Below, one piece after another: positions 37,693-47,684 of a DNA stretch of 64,000 bases. How positions within the stretch are numbered: position 1 is the first letter of the stretch; each line of letters begins with the position of its first letter. The notes beneath the pieces were generated by a model, which did not search any database, had not been told where the DNA came from, and was given only the letters and a program-made list of their open reading frames with translations. Origin of the DNA: an uncultured bacterium (GTDB lineage Bacteria > Abyssobacteria > SURF-5); the NCBI GenBank assembly GCA_964607485.1, contig CAZSKP010000001.1, positions 64,001 through 128,000 on the forward strand, written 5' to 3'. Both the position numbers and the translations under genes were made by a program.

Positions 37693-38044
37693 CCTTAATC
37701 ACCTCAACACGAGGGCGTTTCTTTTCGTCTTCCATTGTCACGGCGACGACGTCGAAGCGGCATTCGCCATCCTCGATGCGGTTCTTCTGCATGTACCATC
37801 GGGCGGCGTTGCAGAGCCGCTTCCGTTTGCGGGCGAGGATGGTTTCCTGCGGCAGTCCAAACTCGACCGAGCTTCGCGTTCTGACTTCCACGAAAACCAG
37901 GCACTTGCCGTCGCGGGCGACGATATCGATCTCGCCCGCCGGCGTGCGAAAGTTTCGCTCCACAATCTTGTAGCGCGATTTCTTCAGCGCCCGGACCGCG
38001 TGGTCTTCTCCTTCCGCGCCTCGTTCGATGTGTATTGCCGTCAA
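37664..38044 (-). CDS. yraN: YraN/UPF0102 predicted nuclease
   Basis: G..GE..A, RNFR...GEIDIVA, LVFVEVRTR, RFDVVAV. Confidence 0.93.
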   Translation of the reverse strand: MTAIHIERGAEGEDHAVRALKKSRYKIVERNFRTPAGEIDIVARDGKCLVFVEVRTRSSVEFGLPQETILARKRKRLCNAARWYMQKNRIEDGECRFDVVAVTMEDEKKRPRVEVIKDAFRPKKTR

Positions 38045-38048
38045 CGCA

Positions 38049-38762
38049 TCATTCCTTTTGGAGAAGGAATATTCGGATTTCGCCGAAGATCTGCGTCTGC
38101 CGTGCGGCCAGCTCCTTGAGCCGTATCAGTTCCAGCAGGGCGAGGAAGGTGGAAATCAGGATGGCCTTCGTCTTCACGCCTCCCTCGAATATTTCGTCGA
38201 GCAGCATGTTTTGTTTTTCGCGGAGTCGAGTCCTGATCTCCTCCATCTTCTCCTCTATGCTTACCTCTTCGAGCGTGATCTCGCTGAACGATTCCTCGGC
38301 TGCGTATTCCAGCACGCGCTTGAAAGCCTGCAGGAGCTCGAACAGAGACACATCAATCAACGGTTCGCCCGTCTCGCCGTCGGTCTCCTCCCTGAAGCTC
38401 CGTTGAAAGAACTTGCTCTCCGAAACGGCTTTTTCCTCGAGATGGCCGGCAAACTCCTTGTACTTCTTGTATTCGAGAATCTGTTCGATGAGCTCGAACC
38501 TCGGGTCTTCCTCCTGCTCCTCTTCGACGGTCTGGGTCGGCAGCAGCATGCGCGATTTTATCTCCATCAAGGTGGCCGCCATCAGGAGGAACTCGCTGGC
38601 GATCTCCAGGTCGAGCTCCCTCATCAATTTCAGATATTCTATGTATTGGTCCGTGATGGTGGAGATGGGGATGTCGTAGATATCGACTTCGTTCATCTTG
38701 ATAAGATGGAGGAGCAGGTCGAGCGGTCCCTCGAAGTTGCTGAGTTTGAGTTTGTAGGTCAT
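38049..38762 (-). CDS. scpA: Segregation and condensation protein A
   Basis: FEGPLDLLLHLI, EFLLMAATLMEIKSRMLLP, FLALLEL. Confidence 0.95.
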   Translation of the reverse strand: MTYKLKLSNFEGPLDLLLHLIKMNEVDIYDIPISTITDQYIEYLKLMRELDLEIASEFLLMAATLMEIKSRMLLPTQTVEEEQEEDPRFELIEQILEYKKYKEFAGHLEEKAVSESKFFQRSFREETDGETGEPLIDVSLFELLQAFKRVLEYAAEESFSEITLEEVSIEEKMEEIRTRLREKQNMLLDEIFEGGVKTKAILISTFLALLELIRLKELAARQTQIFGEIRIFLLQKE

Positions 38763-39745
38763 ATCAGCATCGCCTTTCGGACATCCTTCATTGTGGCCTT
38801 CGCGGCGGTCCTCGCCCGTTCGGCGCCCTCGGTGAGAATCTCTCTGACGCGTTCGGGGTCGGATGCCAGCTCGGAGCGGACGGCCCTGAACGGCCGCATG
38901 TATTCGTTCAGATATTCGGCCAGCGCACGCTTGTCCTCCACGCAGCCGACCTCGGCCGTGCGGCATTCGCGGTTCACGCGTTCCACCCATTCCGCCGGCG
39001 CGAAAATCTTCTGCAGGTCGAAAACCGGGCAGATGTCCGGATTGCCGGGGTCGGTCCTAAGCTTGCGGGCGGGGTCGGTGAGCATCTTCATCACCTTTTC
39101 GGTGGTTTCTTCCTCGGAGTCCGAGAGCAGGATGGCGTTGCCGTACCTCTTACTCATCTTTTTGCCGTCGATACCCCGCACGAGCGGCGTCTCGGTCAGA
39201 AGCGACTGGGGTTCGGGAAAAACGTTGCCGTAAAGATGGCGAAACCTTCGGGAGAGTTCGCGAGTGAATTCGAGGTGGGGGACCTGGTCCTGTCCGACGG
39301 GAACGGCGTCCGCCTTGTAAATGAGAATGTCTGCGGCCTGGAGCAGCGGATAGCCGAGGAATCCGTGTGTCGAAATATCGCGGCCCTTGTATTCCTCCAG
39401 CGCCTCCTTGTAAGTGGGCACACGCTCGAGCCAGCCGAGCGGCGTTATCATCGAAAACAGCAGGTAGAGTTCGGCGTGCTCCTTCACGTGAGATTGAACG
39501 AAGATGACGCTCTTTTCCGGGTCAAGCCCGGCCGCGAGCCAATCGACCACCATCTCGATGATGTCCGATTGGATGGCCCCGGAATTTTCGTATTCAGTCG
39601 TCAGGGCATGCCAGTCGGCGACCATGTAAAACGTTTCGTTGCCTTCGTCCTGCAGGCGTTTCCAGTTGCTGAGAGCCCCGAGAAGATGACCGATGTGGAG
39701 CTTCCCGCTGGGGCGCATTCCGCTCAGTATCCTCATTTTCTCCAT
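38759..39745 (-). CDS. trpS: Tryptophan-tRNA ligase
   Basis: SGMRPSGKLHIGH, YPLLQAADI, VPVGQDQ, KMSK. Confidence 0.97.
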   Translation of the reverse strand: MEKMRILSGMRPSGKLHIGHLLGALSNWKRLQDEGNETFYMVADWHALTTEYENSGAIQSDIIEMVVDWLAAGLDPEKSVIFVQSHVKEHAELYLLFSMITPLGWLERVPTYKEALEEYKGRDISTHGFLGYPLLQAADILIYKADAVPVGQDQVPHLEFTRELSRRFRHLYGNVFPEPQSLLTETPLVRGIDGKKMSKRYGNAILLSDSEEETTEKVMKMLTDPARKLRTDPGNPDICPVFDLQKIFAPAEWVERVNRECRTAEVGCVEDKRALAEYLNEYMRPFRAVRSELASDPERVREILTEGAERARTAAKATMKDVRKAMLI

Positions 39746-39768
39746 CTGCTTCTCCGTTGCATTCCTCC

Positions 39769-41145
39769 TTACCCGACTTCGTTGTAGTGTCGCTCTCTGA
39801 ATGCCACGCCCAGCTCCTCGCATGCGAGTTTCCTGCACGCCTCGAGCTCGCCGGGGTCCGTATCGAGCGCTGTCACGCTGACTTCCAGAATGTGCTTCTT
39901 GCATTCCCGTATGAACTCCACGACCGACGCGAACGTCTCCGGCCCGAACCTCGGCCTGCACAGGTCGAAATACTTTTCGGCGCTGGAGCTGTTGAGACTT
40001 ATCGAGACCGAATCGATCAGCCCCTTCAACTCGGGCACGACATTGCGGCCGTGGATGAGGTTGGCCTGCCCGTTCGTGTTGACGCGCACCTTGTAGCCGG
40101 AACGCTTCAGCCGGCTCGCCACCTGCTTTATCACGTCGAGACGCAGGAAAGGCTCGCCCAATCCGCAGAACACCACCTCTTTGAAAGACCGACCCCGTTC
40201 GGCCTTGAGCGCGTCCATGATTTCGTCGGCGCTCGGGTCGCGCTTGAGCGAGAGGTTGTGTCCCTTCACGTAGGGGCTCTTGAACCGCGTGCAGAACGTG
40301 CATTCGTTCGTGCATGCGCCCGTGACGTTTATATAGAGCGAATCCCTTATTGGGTAAACCACGACGTCGCCGTTCTCGGCCATCGGCAAACCAAAGAGCT
40401 GCTTTGCGTTCAGAGAGGTCATGCGGTCGATGTCGTCCACGCTCAGGCCCTTTATCCGCGCCAGTTCCTCGGCGACGAACCGGACAAACGCCGGCTCGTT
40501 CCGCTTTCCCCTCTTCGGCTGTGGCGTGAGATAGGGCGCATCGGTTTCTATGACCATTCTCTCTATCGGCACTTGCTCGACGACCGAGCGCAGGCGGTTT
40601 GCGTTCGGGTACGTGAGCGGCCCCGCGACGGAGATGTGGAATCCCCATTCGAGCGCCTTCGTGGCAAGCTGGGCGTCGCCGGAAAAACAATGCATCACTC
40701 CGCCGACCAGCCTCGGGGCGTGCTTCGACAGTATTTCGGCGGTGGGACCGTGCGCGTCGCGGTCGTGTATGATGACGGGCAGCCCCAGCTCCTCCGCCAC
40801 TGCGAGCTGGGCTTCGAACGCCTTGCGTTGTTTATCCCGCGGTGAGAGATCGCGATAGAAATCGAGGCCGATCTCGCCGATTGCGACCACCTTCGGATGC
40901 TGGGCCAGTCGCCGCAGCTCTTGCACGGCGGAGTCGTCCAGCGATGAGGCGTCGTGCGGATGCACGCCCACGCTGGCCAGGAGCCTGCCGCTCTGCTCGG
41001 ACATCGCGATGGCCCTCTTGCTCGACTCGATGTCGAAGCCGATGACAACGATGTATTCCACACCCGCCTCCTCGGCGTTGTCGAGCACCTTCGGCCAGTC
41101 TTCCCCGAATTCCGGCATCTGCAAATGTGCGTGGCTGTCGATCAC
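39769..41145 (-). CDS. tatD: TatD-family nuclease fused to a TatD-associated radical SAM domain
   Basis: IDSHAH, GVHPH, GEIGLDF, ETDAPYL, then LYINVT..CTNECTFC, VFCGLGEP, NTNG. Confidence 0.93.
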   Translation of the reverse strand: MIDSHAHLQMPEFGEDWPKVLDNAEEAGVEYIVVIGFDIESSKRAIAMSEQSGRLLASVGVHPHDASSLDDSAVQELRRLAQHPKVVAIGEIGLDFYRDLSPRDKQRKAFEAQLAVAEELGLPVIIHDRDAHGPTAEILSKHAPRLVGGVMHCFSGDAQLATKALEWGFHISVAGPLTYPNANRLRSVVEQVPIERMVIETDAPYLTPQPKRGKRNEPAFVRFVAEELARIKGLSVDDIDRMTSLNAKQLFGLPMAENGDVVVYPIRDSLYINVTGACTNECTFCTRFKSPYVKGHNLSLKRDPSADEIMDALKAERGRSFKEVVFCGLGEPFLRLDVIKQVASRLKRSGYKVRVNTNGQANLIHGRNVVPELKGLIDSVSISLNSSSAEKYFDLCRPRFGPETFASVVEFIRECKKHILEVSVTALDTDPGELEACRKLACEELGVAFRERHYNEVG

Positions 41146-42674
41146 TCTTTCACCTTTGGGAAAAGCGGCTCGCCCGGCCTGGTCACCGTTCCAGCCGGAA
41201 GCTGCCCCCACTTCTCGGCCGCCTCGAACGAGATGTTCTCGAAATCGTCGGCCCCGAGCTGCGACCACATTTTCGCCGCAGCAACGGGCATGAACGGAGC
41301 GAGCAGGACGGTTATCGTTTGGAGCGATTCAACGAGGTTGTACAGCACGGTATCCAGTCGCGCTTTCTTCTCCGGCTCCTTGGCGAGGTGCCACGGCGCG
41401 TTTTCCTCGACATATTTGTTGCACCTTCGAACGAACGCCCAGATTTCTTCCAGCGCGGCGCTGAACTGCAACTGGTCCATCTGCGCCTTGACGCGCGCGG
41501 GCAGCGCCTTCGCCATGTCGAGAAGCTCTCCGTCGGCCGCGACTTCATCCTCGGGCCGTGGCAATATGCCTTCGTTGTAACGTTTCAGCATCGCGAGCGT
41601 CCGGCTGAAGAGGTTGCCGAGGTCGTTGGCCAGCTCGTTGTTCATCCTGGTTATCATCGCGGCGAGGGAAAAGTCGGCGTCTTTTCCGAACGTACCCTCA
41701 CGCAGAAGAAAGTAGCGGACGGCGTCGGCGCCGTATTTCTCCGCCAGTCCGATCGGGTCCACAACGTTGCCGAGCGATTTCGACATCTTCTGGCCCTCGA
41801 CCGTCCACCAGCCGTGTCCGAACACGCGCTTGGGCAGGGGCAGTTCGGCGGCCATCAGCATGGCGGGCCAAATGACCGTGTGGAACCACAGAATCTCTTT
41901 TCCTATCAAATGCAGGTCGGCGGGCCAGTACTTTTGGAACCGTTCCTCGCCGCTCCCGTAGCCGAGAGCCGTGATGTAGTTCACCAACGCATCGAACCAC
42001 ACATAGATGACATGGTCCGGGTCGCCGGGGACGGGGACTCCCCATTTCACGGTGGTTCGGCTAACGCTCAGGTCGTTCAACCCCTGATGGATTCGGCTCA
42101 CGATTTCATTACGACGCGTTTCCGGCTCGACGAATCCGGGGTTGTCCTCAATGTACTTGAGAAGCTTATCCTCAAAGGCGGAGAGTTTGAAGAAGTAGCT
42201 CTTTTCTTTCAGACGCTGGACCGCCCGCCCGCAGTCGGGGCAATTCCCATCGACCAATTGCGTCTCTGTCCAGAACGCCTCATCGGGCACGCAATACCAT
42301 CCCTCATAATCACCCAGGTAGATGTAACCCTTCGCCCTGAGAATATCGAAAATTTTCCGGACGCCCGTCTCGTGATACTCGTCGGTCGTCCGGATAAGGT
42401 GGTTGTGGCTTATGTTGAGCTTCTTCCACGCCTCCTTGAAACGTTCCACCACTTCGTCGGCCAGTTCCTTGGGCGTTTTGCCGCGTTCGGCGGCCGACTG
42501 GGCGATCTTGTTTCCGTGCTCATCGGTGCCGGTCAGGAAGAAGACGTCGTATCCCTCCATCCTCTTGAAACGAGCGTACACGTCGGCGGCAATCGTGCAG
42601 TAGGCGTGTCCGATATGCGGGACATCGTTCACGTAGTATATGGGCGTGGTGAGATAGAATTTCTTTTCAGGCAT
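41142..42674 (-). CDS. metG: Methionine-tRNA ligase (short form without C-terminal tRNA-binding domain)
   Basis: YYVNDVPHIGH, GTDEHG, YVWFDAL, KMSKS. Confidence 0.97.
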   Translation of the reverse strand: MPEKKFYLTTPIYYVNDVPHIGHAYCTIAADVYARFKRMEGYDVFFLTGTDEHGNKIAQSAAERGKTPKELADEVVERFKEAWKKLNISHNHLIRTTDEYHETGVRKIFDILRAKGYIYLGDYEGWYCVPDEAFWTETQLVDGNCPDCGRAVQRLKEKSYFFKLSAFEDKLLKYIEDNPGFVEPETRRNEIVSRIHQGLNDLSVSRTTVKWGVPVPGDPDHVIYVWFDALVNYITALGYGSGEERFQKYWPADLHLIGKEILWFHTVIWPAMLMAAELPLPKRVFGHGWWTVEGQKMSKSLGNVVDPIGLAEKYGADAVRYFLLREGTFGKDADFSLAAMITRMNNELANDLGNLFSRTLAMLKRYNEGILPRPEDEVAADGELLDMAKALPARVKAQMDQLQFSAALEEIWAFVRRCNKYVEENAPWHLAKEPEKKARLDTVLYNLVESLQTITVLLAPFMPVAAAKMWSQLGADDFENISFEAAEKWGQLPAGTVTRPGEPLFPKVKE

Positions 42675-43413
42675 CGACGGGACCGTTTCCTCTCTCATCA
42701 TTTTCTAAGTTATCATCTGCGGCATCGGCGGCGCTGTCCTCGGCCTTGTCATCTTTCTCTTTTTCCGCTTCGGCGTAGCAGGCGTATTCATACTGGATGC
42801 AGCACATGAGCCGCCCGCATTGTCCCGAGATCTTCGTGGGGTTGAGCGCGAGGCTCTGTTTCTTCGCCATCTTGATCGAAACGGGGGAGAACTCCCTCAG
42901 GAATGTGGCGCAGCAAAGGGGCCTGCCGCAGCAGCCCATCCCGCCGACGATGCGCGCCTCGTCGCGGACGCCTATCTGGCGCAATTCTATGCGCGTGCGA
43001 AACTGGTGGGCGAGGTCCTTGACCAATTCCCTGAAATCGACGCGCGTCTCGGACCGAAAATAAAAGAGGATTTTGCTCTTGTCGAAAGTCGCCTCGACTC
43101 CGACGAGCTTCATGGGAAGCTCTCGTTCCTCGATTTTGTTCTCGCAAATCTTGAAGGCTTCATCCTCGAGCTTAAGCAACTCCGCGTGGCGTTTTTTGTC
43201 CTCCGAGGTCGCCTTGCGGACGGCCTTCATCAGTCCGCACAGACATTTCGGCTCAAAGGTAATGTTGCGCGGTTCGACGACGACCTCGCCCAACTTCAGG
43301 CCGAGGTCGGTCTTGACGATACAGGCGTCGCCGGGTTGCAGTTTCAGTCCCTCGGATTGAAACGTGTGAATCCGGCCCTGTTCCTTGAACTTTATCTTGC
43401 CTACTCCAATCAT
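42667..43413 (-). CDS. ricT: PSP1-domain protein (YaaT/RicT-like)
   Basis: RVDFRELVKDL..RIELRQIGVRDEA, CGRPLCC, KISGQCGRLMCC. Confidence 0.93.
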   Translation of the reverse strand: MIGVGKIKFKEQGRIHTFQSEGLKLQPGDACIVKTDLGLKLGEVVVEPRNITFEPKCLCGLMKAVRKATSEDKKRHAELLKLEDEAFKICENKIEERELPMKLVGVEATFDKSKILFYFRSETRVDFRELVKDLAHQFRTRIELRQIGVRDEARIVGGMGCCGRPLCCATFLREFSPVSIKMAKKQSLALNPTKISGQCGRLMCCIQYEYACYAEAEKEKDDKAEDSAADAADDNLENDERGNGPVDA

Positions 43414-43467
43414 TTCAGCACCTCTAAGATGTGGCTTATATCATTAACGGGCTTGCGCCCGATTCTC

Positions 43468-44568
43468 TCACGCGCTGCGCAGCCTCAACAGGAGGTCCAT
43501 GAACACACGGTCCTCCCCGACGTAATGAGAGCAGTACCCCGAGGCTCGTTCGATGTCTTCCATGTTTTGCGCTATCGCCGAGCGGCTCATTTCTTTGGCG
43601 CGGGCGCGGAGCAGGTCGATTCTGTTGCGGTTAATGACGAGTTCTTCGGCGTTTGTTTCCTTCACTACCAATATGTCCCTGTAGAGAGTGAGCAGCAAGC
43701 CTAAACAGTCGTTCAGGAATTCCCTGTAGTATCTGTCAACAAATGACTTACGCAAGTCCTCCGTCGATGACTTCATTGCCGGGGTCAGGTCCTCGCCACC
43801 TGTGGAAATCCTGCTCGCGGCCTGCTCCTGGAGGCTGGCGCGCTCGTCGGCGAACAGCTCCAGCACCCGGTCGTAGGCCTCCAACCTTGCGGGATAGCTT
43901 TCAAGCGATTCGACGATGCTCGTGATGGCGTCGAAGCGCTGCGGGTCGGCGAACTGAAGTCCGCGCGTGACCTGCCCGTCGGCAAGTTCGGCGGCGACGG
44001 CGGCTCGTTCGGTGTCAATATGAAAATCCGACACCAGTATCCGCGCGACCGATTCGGCGCGAAGCCTGCCGAACTTAATCGGCTGGCACCGCGAGGCGAC
44101 GGTCGGAAGCACGCTCTCGGGCCGTTCCGTGACGAGCACGAACACGGTGAACGGAGGCGGCTCCTCGAGCGTCTTGAGGAGTTTGTTTGCGGCGTCGATG
44201 CCGAGGCGGTGCGCTTCGGACAGCACGAACACCTTGTATTTTCCCTTCATCGGCCGCATGTAGGCGAAGGGGAGCAGCTCCTCGATCTGCTTGACGGTGA
44301 TAGTCGAAGACCTCTTGGTCGGCATGACCGTTTGCACGTCGGGATGTTTCCCCTCCGCGATCAGCCGGCATGGGGCGCATGTTCCGCAGGGGTTGTCGTC
44401 CCGCATTTTTTCGCAGTTCAATGCCTTGGCGAAAACGGTCGCCGTGAGCTTCCGGCCGACGCCGGACGGTCCGACAAAGAGATAGGCGTGCGCCACCCGA
44501 TTCTTCTTTATGGCCGACTGGAGCGTGCGCACCGCCGTGGATTGGTCGTATATCTTGTGGAAGCTCAT
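43468..44568 (-). CDS. holB: DNA polymerase III subunit delta-prime
   Basis: HAYLFVGPSGVGR, C..PCGTC..C, HPD, ANKLLKTLEEP, SRC; follows tmk. Confidence 0.95.
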   Translation of the reverse strand: MSFHKIYDQSTAVRTLQSAIKKNRVAHAYLFVGPSGVGRKLTATVFAKALNCEKMRDDNPCGTCAPCRLIAEGKHPDVQTVMPTKRSSTITVKQIEELLPFAYMRPMKGKYKVFVLSEAHRLGIDAANKLLKTLEEPPPFTVFVLVTERPESVLPTVASRCQPIKFGRLRAESVARILVSDFHIDTERAAVAAELADGQVTRGLQFADPQRFDAITSIVESLESYPARLEAYDRVLELFADERASLQEQAASRISTGGEDLTPAMKSSTEDLRKSFVDRYYREFLNDCLGLLLTLYRDILVVKETNAEELVINRNRIDLLRARAKEMSRSAIAQNMEDIERASGYCSHYVGEDRVFMDLLLRLRSA

Positions 44569-45293
44569 GTTGCCTTCACCAGAAAAGGCTCGACGAGCGA
44601 AACGATGGTTCTGTGCACGTCCTCTATCGAGCCGGTCACGGGAATCACCTTGATGCGGTCGGGCTGCTGCTCCGCAAGCTGAAGGTATCCTTTGCGGACA
44701 CGCCGGTGGAACTCTTTGTGTTCGTTCTCCATCCGGTCAACCGTTTCGATACTGTCGCTATTGGCAAATTCTCTCTTCGCGGAAAGCGTGCGGCGGATGC
44801 CGAGGTCTACGTCCATGTCGAGGAGGACTGTAATATCGGGTTTGAGTCCGCCTGTGGCGAGATCATTCACTTGCTGGATTGCTTTTACTGGAATTCCCCG
44901 CCCGTGTCCCTGATAGGCGAGCGTGGCATCGGAGAACCGGTCAGACACCACCCACATCCCGCTGTCAAGCGCGGGCCGGATGACATCTCTCACTAATTGG
45001 GCACGTGCCGCAAGAAAGAGAAGTAGTTCTGTGATCGGGGTGAGCGTTGAATGAGGGAAGAGAGCCAACTGCATGCCAGGGCGATTTATTTCACTGAGAT
45101 AGGTGAGGTCGGAATGGGCGGGAGAGAGTAGTATCTCTCGAATTCTTTCTCCAACTCCCGTTCCGCCGGGTTCCCTTGTCCCAATGACCTGCATGCCTCT
45201 CTTGTACAGATACTCGGCGAGCAGGGCAGCCTGGGTTGTTTTGCCGCTTCCCTCGACGCCTTCTATCGTGATAAATTTCCCGCGTTTATCCAT
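44565..45293 (-). CDS. tmk: Thymidylate kinase (with insertion)
   Basis: EGVEGSGKTT, TREPGG, DRFSDATLAYQG, PD. Confidence 0.96.
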   Translation of the reverse strand: MDKRGKFITIEGVEGSGKTTQAALLAEYLYKRGMQVIGTREPGGTGVGERIREILLSPAHSDLTYLSEINRPGMQLALFPHSTLTPITELLLFLAARAQLVRDVIRPALDSGMWVVSDRFSDATLAYQGHGRGIPVKAIQQVNDLATGGLKPDITVLLDMDVDLGIRRTLSAKREFANSDSIETVDRMENEHKEFHRRVRKGYLQLAEQQPDRIKVIPVTGSIEDVHRTIVSLVEPFLVKAT

Positions 45294-46158
45294 GCTGGTT
45301 TTTTCGATTGAGCACGTCTCTCATCCGCTTTGCCGAGCTGAAGAAGTCGAAGAGCTTTTCGTATTCGCCTTCGCTCAGGTACAGGTCGAACTCCTCCAGG
45401 TCGCTGCGGAGCGTGGCCATTGCTTCCCTGATTTCTTTCGGGTTGTTCATGCAGATGTCGGCCCACATCTCCGGGTCGCTCGAGGCGATGCGGGTGGTGT
45501 CGAGGAATCCCTTGCCGACGAGCCCGGCGCGGTCCTCCGGCAGCGTCCTCAGTCCCGCAACCAGCAGCGCGGCCACTATGTGAGGCAGGTGGCTGGTCTG
45601 AGCCACCACTCGGTCGTGATCCACCGGCGTCATCTCTACGACGTTTCCGCCGACGCGTTTCCACATGTCTCTCACAGTAGCTGCCACGTCCGGGTCGGTC
45701 GCCGGAGTCGGTGTGACAAAGACGGTTGCGCCCTTGAAGAGGTCGGCCGAGGCGTGCTGAACTCCCTTCTTCTCGGATCCGGTGAAGGGATGGCTTCCGA
45801 CAAACCTGGGGCCGGCCCGATACATTCTTTCGACCGCTTCGACAATCGTCCACTTCACGCTGCCGACGTCGGTAATCACGCACTTCTCCTCGAGCGAGCT
45901 CTCCATTTCGGCGATGATTCCCGCGATGGAACCGACGGGGGTCGAGACCACGATGAGGTCGGCCCCGGCCGCGGCTTCGGGAAATTCGTCGACCGCTTCG
46001 TCGATGGCGCCCGCCTTGAGCCCTGCTTCTATCGAGGCCCGGCTGCGTCCCAAACCGACGACCTTTTCACAGAGTCCCCTTGCCTTCAGCGCGAGCCCCA
46101 CGGACCCGCCCAGAAGTCCGACGCCTACTATCGCCACTCTATTGAAAAACAATTTCAC
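45286..46158 (-). CDS. tyrA: Prephenate/arogenate dehydrogenase
   Basis: GVGLLGGS, DVGSVK, HPFTGSE, HD..SHLPH, DTTRIA.S.PEMW. Confidence 0.93.
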   Translation of the reverse strand: MKLFFNRVAIVGVGLLGGSVGLALKARGLCEKVVGLGRSRASIEAGLKAGAIDEAVDEFPEAAAGADLIVVSTPVGSIAGIIAEMESSLEEKCVITDVGSVKWTIVEAVERMYRAGPRFVGSHPFTGSEKKGVQHASADLFKGATVFVTPTPATDPDVAATVRDMWKRVGGNVVEMTPVDHDRVVAQTSHLPHIVAALLVAGLRTLPEDRAGLVGKGFLDTTRIASSDPEMWADICMNNPKEIREAMATLRSDLEEFDLYLSEGEYEKLFDFFSSAKRMRDVLNRKNQHG

Positions 46159-46208
46159 CGTCCCTGAGAATAATGAATTATTATCGCAATCTTCATTCTG
46201 CGTTTTAC

Positions 46209-46238
46209 TGCAGGGGCGGTTCGCGAACCGTCCCTGCA
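46209..46238. repeat. REP-like palindrome
   Basis: TGCAGGGGCGGTTCG|CGAACCGTCCCTGCA, 30 bp with one mismatched pair. Confidence 0.75.
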
Positions 46239-46260
46239 TTGTCCGACGTACTCACTGTCT

Positions 46261-47004
46261 CTATTGCTCGGGTGGACTTTCGATTGTCGCGATATCGATG
46301 GCTCGCCTCAGGCTGAAAGAGCCCTCGTAGAGCGCTTTGCCAATTATCATTCCGATGATGCGGCCGGGCGCGAGCCTGGATATTTCGGCCACGTCGGCCA
46401 GGCTCGATATGCCGCCCGAAGCCACTATGGGAATCGAAACTCCGTCGGCCATCTTCTTGAGCGCGTCTTTGTTCGGCCCGGCGAGCATGCCGTCGCACGA
46501 GATATCGGTATAAATGATGAGTCCTGCGCCCTCTTCGGCGACCCTGTTGCCGAACTGAATCGCATCGACGTCTGTCACGTCGCGCCAGCCCTTGACCGCG
46601 ACCTTGCCGTCGCGCGCGTCAATGCCGACGGCGATCTTCTCGCCGAACTCCTTGCACGCCTCGCCGAGGAAATCGGTGGACTGAAACGCGGCGGTGCCCA
46701 GCACCGCGCGGTCCACGCCTATTTCGAACACCCGGGCAAGAATGTCCAGCGTGCGATTGCCACCGCCGAACTGAATCGGGATGTCCACTGCCGCGCGTAT
46801 CGCCTTGAGCGAGGACAGATTCTGCGGCTCGCCGGCAAAGGCGCCGTCGAGGTCAACCACATGCAGCCACTTGGCTCCCTGTTGCGCCCAATCTCGGGCG
46901 ACCTGCGCAGGGTCGTCGGAGTAGGCCTTCTCCTTTTCGGGCTTTCCTTGCTGGAGGCGAACACAGCGGCCGGCCTTGAGGTCAATCGCTGGGAGGATTA
47001 TCAT
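46261..47004 (-). CDS. hisA: ProFAR isomerase
   Basis: [26 protein letters not shown]...GP, ASGG. Confidence 0.96.
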   Translation of the reverse strand: MIILPAIDLKAGRCVRLQQGKPEKEKAYSDDPAQVARDWAQQGAKWLHVVDLDGAFAGEPQNLSSLKAIRAAVDIPIQFGGGNRTLDILARVFEIGVDRAVLGTAAFQSTDFLGEACKEFGEKIAVGIDARDGKVAVKGWRDVTDVDAIQFGNRVAEEGAGLIIYTDISCDGMLAGPNKDALKKMADGVSIPIVASGGISSLADVAEISRLAPGRIIGMIIGKALYEGSFSLRRAIDIATIESPPEQ

Positions 47005-47362
47005 TCTTATCCAGGTGTGCTTTGGCGACTTCCACCAACTGGCTGAACACCTGACTGTCATTCACGGCAAGCTCGGCCAGCATCTTTCGGTCAACCTCGA
47101 TCGAAGCCTTGTTCAGCCCGTCCATGAACCGGTTATAGGACAGGCCGTTCAATCGCGCCGCTGCGTTGATGCGTGTTATCCAGAGGCGGCGGAACTGCCT
47201 TTTGCGCGTTCTCCGGTCGCGGTACGAGAACCGGAGGCTGCGCATGACGGCCTCGTTTGCGGTGCGGAACATCCTGCTCTTTCCGCCGTAGTAGCCACTC
47301 GCCATCTTCAGAACCTTGCGCCGGCGGCTGCGTGAGGCTGGGCTGTTGCGTGTCCTTGGCAT
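46982..47362 (-). CDS. rplT: 50S ribosomal protein L20
   Basis: [30 protein letters not shown]. Confidence 0.98.
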   Translation of the reverse strand: MPRTRNSPASRSRRRKVLKMASGYYGGKSRMFRTANEAVMRSLRFSYRDRRTRKRQFRRLWITRINAAARLNGLSYNRFMDGLNKASIEVDRKMLAELAVNDSQVFSQLVEVAKAHLDKNDNPPSD

Positions 47363-47413
47363 TGTTCAGTTCACTCCTTTTTTAGGTCTCGACCCGAGCG
47401 CGGCTGAATTCTA

Positions 47414-47608
47414 TCAGACCGACAGGAGTCTCTCGATCCGCTTCTGGTCGGCTTTTGCGACTATGCCGGTCTTCCTCAGTTTACGCTTGCGCGAGCTGGT
47501 CTTCTTCGTCAGCAGATGGCCCTTATAGGCCCGGCTGCGCTTGAACTTGCCGGTCGCGGTCTTCTTGAAGCGTTTCGCCGCGCCTCGGTTGCTTTTCATC
47601 TTGGGCAT
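47414..47608 (-). CDS. rpmI: 50S ribosomal protein L35
   Basis: [17 protein letters not shown]...H.LTKK. Confidence 0.98.
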   Translation of the reverse strand: MPKMKSNRGAAKRFKKTATGKFKRSRAYKGHLLTKKTSSRKRKLRKTGIVAKADQKRIERLLSV

Positions 47609-47684
47609 TTTGTACTCCTTCTTCCGGAGCGTGACAAAAAGACACCCCTACTTTTTTTCAATCCAACAGGTTATCTCCCAGAAG

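Noticed and set aside
39746-40690. Apparent 315-aa N-terminal extension of TrpRS (similarly for scpA, flhG, and the REC-CBS ORF from 9003)
   Set aside because: The extensions overlap upstream genes in another frame, and the true starts lie at the gene junctions.
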